DNA of 32,000 nucleotides from Candidatus Korarchaeum cryptofilum OPF8. Lineage in GTDB: Archaea; Korarchaeota; Korarchaeia; Korarchaeales; Korarchaeaceae. The notes under the pieces are model-generated. The model was given only the letters and a program-made list of their open reading frames with translations. It was not told the origin of the DNA and made no database searches. Positions 24,982-32,000 of this stretch are shown piece by piece. Position 1 is the stretch's first letter. Each line of letters begins with the position of its first letter. Where the stretch lies: the NCBI RefSeq assembly GCF_000019605.1, contig NC_010482.1:1470001-1502000 (forward strand), given 5' to 3'. A program made the translations under genes and the position numbers.

Positions 24982-25003
24982 TTTACCATGCAATCGACCG
25001 TGG

Positions 25004-26287
25004 ATGAGGGGCAAGTTAATCGCTTCAATCCTCATATTGCTCCAGCTCAACCCCTTGCCCTTGCTCTCACAAGGAGGGGTTTACGTTCAGATAGAGCCGA
25101 GAGAACCGTGCATAGCCGGATTTCCCTGTAAAATAAACATATCGATATCTAATAGCGATGGAACTATATTACTGCATAAGCTGAAGCTCATAACACCTTG
25201 GGGAGCATTCGTGAGGGACCTGGGGCTGAGGGAAATGAGAGCTGGCGAGTCCCTGAAGGTATACGTAGTGGTGAACGTGAGCATCGACTCCCTAGAGGGC
25301 CCTAACTTCATGAGGCCTGAGCTCATCTACTTCGTCAAAGGGGATATAGGGATGAAGAGCTCTCAGGGAAATTCCTCCGCCATCCTGATTCAGCGTTCCA
25401 GGATCGCTGTTAGCCTTCTATCCTCCCCTCTGAGCTATCAAATCTCCTTAGGCGAGCCTCTGATCTTAGAAGGGAGTTTCAGGGTTGATGGGATCCCCAG
25501 CGACTTCTACCCCACATTAAGAGTTTATGTGGATGGCGCCCTCGCTATCGAGAAGGAAATGAATTCATCGAGTGGTCTCTTCTCAATTCAGGTTCCATTG
25601 GCTAAACCGGGCATTCATGAGGTCAACTTGAGCCTCTGCTATCTTATAGGATGCGAGTCCAAGGCATTCAGTGTGCTCGTGAGAGAGGCTCCCAAGGAGC
25701 AGCTATCTATGGAACTGAACTCCACGAAGGGGTACTTTCAAGACCTCCTGAACTACTACAGGACAGCTGTCAACGATTCGATCCCGATCCCGGGATATGT
25801 GCTCTCCAATATATCTGCGATAGATTCTCTAATCAGAGAAGCGGAGGCTATCTTGAGCGGAAATATGACAGGGGATGAGCAGAGGGTGAGGGATCTTCTC
25901 AACAGGGCCAGGGGATTCATCTCCCTCAGCATGAAGGAGATTACTAGGGCATATAAGGAAGCTCTTTTATCAAAACTCGATAATTTAAGAAATGAATTGG
26001 ATTCAATATCGAAAATTGATGAGAAGACTTACAGAAATCTCAGCGTTAGCTTGGATGAGCTGGAGGATAGGATAGCATCGATATCCCCGGATAATGCCTC
26101 TAAAACATACTGGGATGTCACTAACCGGATGGAGGAGATGAAGAAGATCGTAGATTCTAAGAGGGAAAGCCTCATGAGCGATATAGCTAAATTATCCCTA
26201 GTTCTCATAACCCTACTCTTGATTTCAATCGTTTCCATAACAATGCTTATCTTGAGAGTTTGGAGAGGGGAGACTGGTAGAGGGTGA
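25004..26287 (+). CDS. Hypothetical surface protein with a signal peptide, beta-rich ectodomain, helical stalk and C-terminal TM anchor
   Basis: 427 aa. The N-terminus is hydrophobic (LIASILILLQL). I count 11 N-X-S/T sequons. A coiled-coil-like region (ALLSKLDNLRNELDSI...LDELEDRIASI) precedes the C-terminal LSLVLITLLLISIVSITMLIL followed by basic residues. Confidence 0.6.
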   Translation: MRGKLIASILILLQLNPLPLLSQGGVYVQIEPREPCIAGFPCKINISISNSDGTILLHKLKLITPWGAFVRDLGLREMRAGESLKVYVVVNVSIDSLEGPNFMRPELIYFVKGDIGMKSSQGNSSAILIQRSRIAVSLLSSPLSYQISLGEPLILEGSFRVDGIPSDFYPTLRVYVDGALAIEKEMNSSSGLFSIQVPLAKPGIHEVNLSLCYLIGCESKAFSVLVREAPKEQLSMELNSTKGYFQDLLNYYRTAVNDSIPIPGYVLSNISAIDSLIREAEAILSGNMTGDEQRVRDLLNRARGFISLSMKEITRAYKEALLSKLDNLRNELDSISKIDEKTYRNLSVSLDELEDRIASISPDNASKTYWDVTNRMEEMKKIVDSKRESLMSDIAKLSLVLITLLLISIVSITMLILRVWRGETGRG

Positions 26288-26294
26288 GCTCTGA

Positions 26295-28088
26295 ATGTGC
26301 GGGATAGTGGGGATCGTCAGGAGCAGGGTAGGGGTGCTCTCAGATCTCCTCAAGTCTCTGAAGAGCCTTGAATACAGGGGCTACGATTCCGCAGGGATCG
26401 CGATCTCGCTTGGAGATGATATCTTCATCCTGAAGGGAGTCGGGACGATAGATCAAGTCATAAGAGGGGCAGAGATCCCCGATGGGAGTATAGGGATAGG
26501 GCATACGAGATGGGCGACCCACGGTGGTGTGAGCCTTGAGAACGCTCACCCTCAAGTATCATGCGATGGGAAGATAGCTGTAGTTCATAACGGTACCTTG
26601 GATGGATTCGAGCAGCTGAGGGAGGATCTGAGAGCGAGGGGACATTCATTCAGGTCTGAGACAGATACGGAGGTTATAGCTCATCTAGTTGAGGAGGGGA
26701 TGAGGGAGGGGCTGAGCCCCCTTTTATCCCTTCACAGGGCCGTGAGGATGCTGGAGGGAAGTTACGCTATAGCGATGATCTCAGCCGGGCACAACTCAAT
26801 ATACTTAGCTAGGAGGAAGAGCCCTCTCGTGATAGGGCTGGGGAAGGGGGAGAACTATTGCGCATCCGATGTATCTGCCTTGCTTCATCTCACTAAGGAA
26901 TTCATATTTCTAGAGGATGGGGAGCTGGCTGAGATAACTCCTGGCGATGTGAGGATCTGGAGGGGGGATGGAGAGCTCGTAGCTATAGAGAGGAGGGCCG
27001 AGGTAGTCGACTGGTCCCCTCAGCAGATGGAAAAGGGGAGATATGAGCATTTCATGCTGAAGGAAATAAATGAGCAACCTTACATAATGATGAAAATAGC
27101 TGATACAATAGAGTACTATAAGAAGTTCTCCGAGAGGCTCGAATCGGCGCTCAAGAGCGGATCACTATCCATAGTGGCCGCGGGCACATCCATGCACGCT
27201 GGTCTCATAGGGAAATTTTACCTCTCAACTCTAGCCGGATTTGGATCGGATGTGATCATAGCATCGGAATTCCCGGAGTGGTCGAGACACATAGCGAATG
27301 GGGACGTTATACTCGCTATAAGCCAGTCCGGGGAGACAGCGGATGTGCTAGAGGCTGTTAGGATAGCTAGGGATAGGGGAGCTAAGGTATTTTCAATAGT
27401 TAACGTCCCGGGTAGTACTCTAACTAGGCTCTCCGACGAGTACGTTTTCATACAAGCGGGCCCTGAGGTTGGTGTAGCTGCTACGAAGACGTTCACAGCT
27501 CAAGTAGCCTCCCTATATGTGATATCCTCCCTGATCTCCGATCCCACTTCCTCTGAGGATCTAAGGGAGAAGCTCCTCAGCATCTCCAATTCGATCCTGA
27601 AGGATATGGGAAGGGTGGACGAGGAATCTAGGAAAATAGCTGGTCTATTGAAATCGAGGGAGCACGTCTTCTTCCTGGGTAGGGGTGTGAATTATCCCAC
27701 AGCTTTGGAGGGGGCGCTCAAGCTGAAGGAGATAAGTTACATACACGCAGAGGGTTATGCAGCGGGCGAGTATAAGCACGGGCCCCTCGCATTGATAGAA
27801 GAGGGGGTGCCTGTAATAGCTTTGATACCGAAGGAGAGGAGCCTGATAAATAAGATAATATACAATTTGATGGAAGTTAAGGCCAGGGGCTCATTCACAG
27901 TAACTATTCAGCCGCCTGACGTGAGCCTGCCCTCAGACAGAAGGCTCGTAGTTGATGTCGAGGATGAGCTCACATCGCCCCTGATCTACGCGATCCCTCT
28001 CCAACTGATAGCTTACTACACAGCCCTAGAGCTAGGAAGGAACCCAGATAAGCCCAGGAACCTGGCCAAGAGTGTTACAGTAGAGTAA
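26295..28088 (+). CDS. glmS: Glutamine--fructose-6-phosphate aminotransferase (isomerising)
   Basis: 597 aa with the N-terminal nucleophile MCGIVG, two SIS domains (SQSGETADV, GVAATKTF) and the C-terminal PRNLAKSVTVE. GAGGGTGA lies 8 nt upstream of the ATG. Confidence 0.97.
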   Translation: MCGIVGIVRSRVGVLSDLLKSLKSLEYRGYDSAGIAISLGDDIFILKGVGTIDQVIRGAEIPDGSIGIGHTRWATHGGVSLENAHPQVSCDGKIAVVHNGTLDGFEQLREDLRARGHSFRSETDTEVIAHLVEEGMREGLSPLLSLHRAVRMLEGSYAIAMISAGHNSIYLARRKSPLVIGLGKGENYCASDVSALLHLTKEFIFLEDGELAEITPGDVRIWRGDGELVAIERRAEVVDWSPQQMEKGRYEHFMLKEINEQPYIMMKIADTIEYYKKFSERLESALKSGSLSIVAAGTSMHAGLIGKFYLSTLAGFGSDVIIASEFPEWSRHIANGDVILAISQSGETADVLEAVRIARDRGAKVFSIVNVPGSTLTRLSDEYVFIQAGPEVGVAATKTFTAQVASLYVISSLISDPTSSEDLREKLLSISNSILKDMGRVDEESRKIAGLLKSREHVFFLGRGVNYPTALEGALKLKEISYIHAEGYAAGEYKHGPLALIEEGVPVIALIPKERSLINKIIYNLMEVKARGSFTVTIQPPDVSLPSDRRLVVDVEDELTSPLIYAIPLQLIAYYTALELGRNPDKPRNLAKSVTVE

Positions 28089-28325
28089 TTACTCCAATGT
28101 CACGAATAGTACATTATTTCCCCTTATGAAAAGGGTTCCCACGCTTCTTTTAACCTCTCCTGATGCTGGATCAACTTCTCTCGCAGAATCGAGCACTAGA
28201 TTCATCATTTCATCATAAACGATGAGCTTTCCAACTATCTGGCTCCCATTCTTCAACCTAACGGTCACTTCCGCACCATGGGATTTCTTAAGGTGAGATA
28301 GAGGGAGTTCCTTACCCGAATCCAT
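28089..28325 (-). CDS. Sm-like archaeal protein (SmAP/LSm)
   Basis: 78 aa with the Sm1 motif (VTVRLKNGSQIVGKLIVYDEMMNLVL) and Sm2 motif (LFIRGNNVLFV). A perfect GGAGGTGA lies 6 nt upstream of the ATG. Confidence 0.9.
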   Translation of the reverse strand: MDSGKELPLSHLKKSHGAEVTVRLKNGSQIVGKLIVYDEMMNLVLDSAREVDPASGEVKRSVGTLFIRGNNVLFVTLE

Positions 28326-28362
28326 ACTTATTCACCTCCATCATTAAAAATAAATGTTTTTC

Positions 28363-28998
28363 TCACCTGCTGCTGAGGGCTATCCTCTCTATCTCCTCCT
28401 TCCTCCTTATAGCGAAACTCCTGTTCCTATCGTACTCTGCAGCAGCGATTATTTCCTCCGCTAGGGCCTCGGCTAGGCTTCTTGGACTCCTGAAAGCCTT
28501 CATAGCTGCTCCCTGTGCTATATGCCTTATCGCTAGATCGACCATCCTGCTGGGGGATGTGTCCACAGCGTGGAAGTAACTCACGCCTCCGTACATTATC
28601 CTCGTGACCTCCTCCCTTATTATTGAATTTTCTATAGCATCAAGGAATACTTGAATAGGATTTTTCCCAGTTCTCAATTCTATTATCTCGAATGCATACT
28701 TCACAGTCCTCATGGCCTTCAGCTTCTTCCCCTGATTCTTACTGTTGACGTGATCCTTCCTGCTGCCGGAGTTCATGGCCTGACCCATCAGCCTGTTCAC
28801 CAGCCTCTCCACTATGGGGATCTCCAGCTTCCCGAATTTCTTATGCTCATGCCTACCTCCTGTGTGCGGCAGGTAAACTGGCTTGAGTGATATGACATTC
28901 TTCAAAGCTGCGTTCTCTATTCTAAGATCATCATAACTCCACCTTCCAAACAACTTTATCTGAGTCTCTGGATTAGATTCACTACTCATAGCGATCAC
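28363..28998 (-). CDS. rps7: 30S ribosomal protein S7 (uS7)
   Basis: 211 aa. The archaeal uS7 pattern is present ([42 protein letters not shown]). Confidence 0.95.
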
Positions 28999-29435
28999 CT
29001 GCTGGGCTTCTCCTTCTTCCCCCTGAGTATAGCTTCTAGTGAGACCCCGTTCACCTTTATCACCTTGAACCTGACGCCCGGTATATCTCCCATGGATCTG
29101 CCTCTGGATCCACCTATCCCCTCCACAACGACCTCATCGTGCTCATTTATCACATTGAGAGCTCCGTCTCCCGGAGCAAATGCTGTTATTATAACACCGT
29201 TCTTCGCTAGCTGAACTTTCACAGCTTTTCTGAGTCCTGAATGCGGCTGCCTGGCCTCGAGTCCTACCTTCTCGAGAACTATGCCTCTAGCCATAGGAGC
29301 CCCCTCGAGCGGATCGAACTTCTCCTTGAGCCTATAGAGCCTCCTTTTCACCCTCCAGCTGTGCAGCCTCTTCTCCTTATACTTCTCCCTGAGTATCCTA
29401 GCAGCGTAAAGGCCCATGGGTGATTTCTTACCCAT
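28995..29435 (-). CDS. rps12: 30S ribosomal protein S12 (uS12)
   Basis: [18 protein letters not shown]...[23 protein letters not shown] is typical archaeal uS12. The ATG at 29435 is preceded by GAGGTGAT and lies just after the nusA stop. The longest ORF reaches 29453. Confidence 0.95.
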
Positions 29436-29439
29436 ATCA

Positions 29440-29916
29440 TCACCTCGAATCATGAGGTACCCATGTCGCTATTTTAACGTTGTCTATATCATACCACCTC
29501 TTAGCTAGCAACCTGGTCCTCTTTATCCTCCTCCCGTTCCTTCCAATAGCTAGACTCTTATCCTCATCTAGCACGTAAGCTATTGCCGTGATACCGTCGT
29601 CCTGATGAACTATTTTCACTTTCTGAACCCTAGCAGGGCTCAAAAGATTGGCTATGAATCCCTCCGGACTGTCATCGAACTCGACGACTTCAATGTCATA
29701 GTCCAAGTCCCCCTTGAGGAACCTCTTCATCGCCTTCAATTTCCTGCCTCCCCTTCCGACAGCTCTCCCCAGATCTCCCTTCTCAACAACGAATATCAAT
29801 CTGTTCTCTTCCTTATCCTCAACTACATCCCTAGGACTGACCCCTAGCATGTCTTGGAAGAGCTTTATGTATCTCAGTTGTTCCGGGGCTATCGTGACCT
29901 TCCTCCTAGTTATCAT
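29440..29916 (-). CDS. nusA: Archaeal NusA-like transcription termination factor (two KH domains)
   Basis: 158 aa with two GxxG KH loops ([20 protein letters not shown]). It occupies the conserved L30e-nusA-S12 position. Confidence 0.9.
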   Translation of the reverse strand: MITRRKVTIAPEQLRYIKLFQDMLGVSPRDVVEDKEENRLIFVVEKGDLGRAVGRGGRKLKAMKRFLKGDLDYDIEVVEFDDSPEGFIANLLSPARVQKVKIVHQDDGITAIAYVLDEDKSLAIGRNGRRIKRTRLLAKRWYDIDNVKIATWVPHDSR

Positions 29917-30236
29917 CTCGACTCCTCCAGTTTCCTCAGGACATCAATTATCCTCGACTCCCCCTCCTCCATTATTGCGGCAGCCGATACGAAGAAGGGC
30001 CTCTTGAATGCTCTCCCAAGGTCCAATGATTTCCCTGGATATTTGTAAATAGGAACTCCAGCTAGCTTTGAGAGGTACTCTAGTTCCATCCTCAGTTCCT
30101 CAGGTATATTGCTCGCTAGGACAACTAGCTTCGGGTTGTTTCCAGACTTAAGCTGTCTTATTACTTTTTTTGCCCCCAATATCACTTTACCTGACTTAGA
30201 GGCTAGGTAAAGCTCGGATTCCACTTCGCTACTCAT
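29913..30236 (-). CDS. rpl30e: 50S ribosomal protein L30e (eL30)
   Basis: 107 aa with the SGKVILGAKKVIRQLKSG..KLVVLASN.PEE......YLSKLAGVPIY pattern. It has an ATGA overlap with nusA. Confidence 0.92.
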   Translation of the reverse strand: MSSEVESELYLASKSGKVILGAKKVIRQLKSGNNPKLVVLASNIPEELRMELEYLSKLAGVPIYKYPGKSLDLGRAFKRPFFVSAAAIMEEGESRIIDVLRKLEESR

Positions 30237-32000
30237 TTCTCAACACCTCCTTCGCTTTCCCACTGAAGTCCCATAGCACCGATACCTTGCCCGTTCCTAT
30301 AGGTGGGGTCTGTCCCATTATTAAGGCATCGAGTGGGCCCAATATCTTATTCACCTCCCCCCTCCTAGCGGTGTTGAGTATCACGTGAGTCGTCCATTCG
30401 AAGGCCATCTTGCTCAGGGGCGTCTTCATCTCGCTGAAGAAACCTGAGGATACGCCGGCAGCCTGGAGCCTTATGGCCTCTATAGTCCCGGAATAAGTCA
30501 TTATATCAGCGACGAGGGAGATGTACCTCCTATCTACCTCGAGCCCCTGCTCCTCTAGGATGCTGGCTAGCTCGTTGAATATGCAGTTCCTCGCCGCCTC
30601 TATACCGAGGACCCTCTCAATCTCCTTGCAGTCATTCGTAATGGTCCTCGCTATATCTACGCAGCTCATGCTCAAAACAGCAGCTAAGTTGGATCCGGAG
30701 GTCCTTATGATGTATTCCTTCCTCCCATCTGTTTCGACTGTCTCCACCCATGCCCTCTTTATCCCCCTGACGCCAGATACGGGCTTATCTAATATCCTGT
30801 AGGACCAAGACCTCAGCGTTTGGAGGGGCTTGTCCCTCTCGGCCGCCTCATAGAGGTCCACTATTATCCTATCGTCCTCTAACTCAACCTCCCCCTTCAT
30901 CCCCTTAGCTGTGGCCCTTATTATATTCAGGAACCTCTCCATAGGTATCATATTGTTCTCCAAAGCCCTCTTGTCCGGCTTTATCGTTAACCTATAATTG
31001 AAGTTATCAATAGCATATTCCTCTATTAGATCCCTCACCCTGAGCTCCTTCAGATTCCTGAGGATCTTCCTGAGGTTCGATATATCCTCCTGGCATTTCT
31101 GTTTCAAGTATATCTTCATCGTCGGCGTGCTGGTCGATGCGTAGAAGACCAGCTCCTTGAACCTCTCCACACCGTGGGTCACGTCCATAGCTAGGAGACC
31201 CGGAGCATGGAAAGTCCTGAGCACCATCTGCGTAGTGGGCTCAGCGATACTTTGAGCGCTTATCAGACCTATGGGTGTGAGCACCTCCACTTTGGCCCTC
31301 TCGAATCCCTCCTTCAGTTCAGCTATTATCTCCTTTAACTCGCTCTCCTTGGGTCTAGCTCCGTGTATGGCATCAGCTAGGGATAGGGGAAGATTCGCTT
31401 CCTTCAGGAGCTCCTCGATCTTATCCTTTGAAACTCCTCTCTTCCTCTCCTCCTTCACATACTTCCTTATTATCCTCTCCAAGTTAACTGGCTCATTCCT
31501 GAAGAGCTTCGTCGGATCGTAACCATCGCCCCCGAACTTGAACTGGATTATATGTCCCATTGAATCCCTGACTGTCTCGTCGTAGGAGACATAAACGTCC
31601 TTCAGGGAATTAGCCACCCTCCTGTAGAAGTATCCGCTATCCTCGGTCCTTCTACCCTTATCTATAAGGGATTCCCTGCTCGACATGGCATGGAAGATGA
31701 ACTCAGCTGGATTCAAGCCGCTCACATAACTGTTCTTAACGAAACCTCTAGCTTCAGGGCTCAAATCTCCCCTCTGGAAGTAAGAGAGGACCCTATCCTT
31801 ATACCCCTTCCTCGGCCTCCCGCTCGTTAGCACGAACCCTATTCTGGTCTTCACCTTCTGCTGTCCCACCTGTCCTACTATCTGAGCTAAGTTAGCCATA
31901 GAGCCCCTGGCCCCGGTCTTGGCCATTATGCTCACGTTGGACTTGGGATCTATGTACTTCGATATCACGCTGCTCACCTTACCCCAGAAGCTATCCATCG
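30229..32000 (-). CDS. rpoA: DNA-directed RNA polymerase largest subunit, C-terminal about 590 aa; it continues upstream beyond the window and appears unsplit (A'+A'' in one frame)
   Basis: The frame is open to the window edge. It contains the AKTGARGS...GQQ region, which is encoded in A' in split archaea. It also contains the A''-type SAQSIAEPTTQMVLRTFHAPG trigger-loop region and C-terminal domains, with no intervening stop. Confidence 0.9.
   Translation of the reverse strand, partial: MDSFWGKVSSVISKYIDPKSNVSIMAKTGARGSMANLAQIVGQVGQQKVKTRIGFVLTSGRPRKGYKDRVLSYFQRGDLSPEARGFVKNSYVSGLNPAEFIFHAMSSRESLIDKGRRTEDSGYFYRRVANSLKDVYVSYDETVRDSMGHIIQFKFGGDGYDPTKLFRNEPVNLERIIRKYVKEERKRGVSKDKIEELLKEANLPLSLADAIHGARPKESELKEIIAELKEGFERAKVEVLTPIGLISAQSIAEPTTQMVLRTFHAPGLLAMDVTHGVERFKELVFYASTSTPTMKIYLKQKCQEDISNLRKILRNLKELRVRDLIEEYAIDNFNYRLTIKPDKRALENNMIPMERFLNIIRATAKGMKGEVELEDDRIIVDLYEAAERDKPLQTLRSWSYRILDKPVSGVRGIKRAWVETVETDGRKEYIIRTSGSNLAAVLSMSCVDIARTITNDCKEIERVLGIEAARNCIFNELASILEEQGLEVDRRYISLVADIMTYSGTIEAIRLQAAGVSSGFFSEMKTPLSKMAFEWTTHVILNTARRGEVNKILGPLDALIMGQTPPIGTGKVSVLWDFSGKAKEVLRNE

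Noticed and set aside
1-32000. I searched for CRISPR repeats, IS elements, integrases, toxin-antitoxin pairs and other defence or mobile islands.
   Set aside because: I saw no regularly spaced direct repeats, no transposase or integrase motifs, and no compositional island apart from the 190-bp AT-rich spacer at 6286-6470. The window is core housekeeping sequence.

Overview
This is a dense (about 95% coding), roughly 50% G+C stretch of archaeal core chromosome. Genes overlap often, and several start on GTG or TTG. I found no transposases, integrases, CRISPR arrays or recognisable defence genes.

Information-processing genes dominate:
- Left edge: uL2, uS19 and tRNA-Ser.
- uS10 and EF-1alpha.
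- A co-directional thermosome ... eS8, SRP19, Gar1 array.
- THEP1 NTPase, Trm1, fibrillarin, Nop5 and an eS30 gene that the ORF track misses.
- An rpoA, L30e, NusA, uS12, uS7, Sm-like operon at the right edge.

Metabolic and envelope genes sit between these blocks:
- A DUF1537 kinase / PdxA-family / LarA-like trio.
- A pgk / degenerate GAPDH-like / OPT-like transporter / phosphohexomutase string.
- MTA phosphorylase.
- A membrane-anchored protein followed by two tandem Wzy-like polytopic paralogues.
- A DUF460-type tandem RNase-H-fold protein.
- A sequon-rich surface protein coupled to glmS.

The gene content, the apparently unsplit rpoA and the G+C content fit a hyperthermophilic deep-branching archaeon, possibly Korarchaeota-like. 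I could not run a search, so that is only a guess.

The items most worth a second look are:
1. The intact but motif-less, internally deleted GAPDH relic coupled to pgk.
2. The LarA-like / PdxA / DUF1537 acid-sugar module.
3. The uncharacterised membrane module fused into a ribosomal/RNP operon.
4. The DUF460 protein, which shares a symmetric TATA element with a surface glycoprotein-glmS unit.
5. An AT-rich 190-bp island bracketed by an inverted repeat.

All functional calls come from reading motifs by eye and from memory of protein families.
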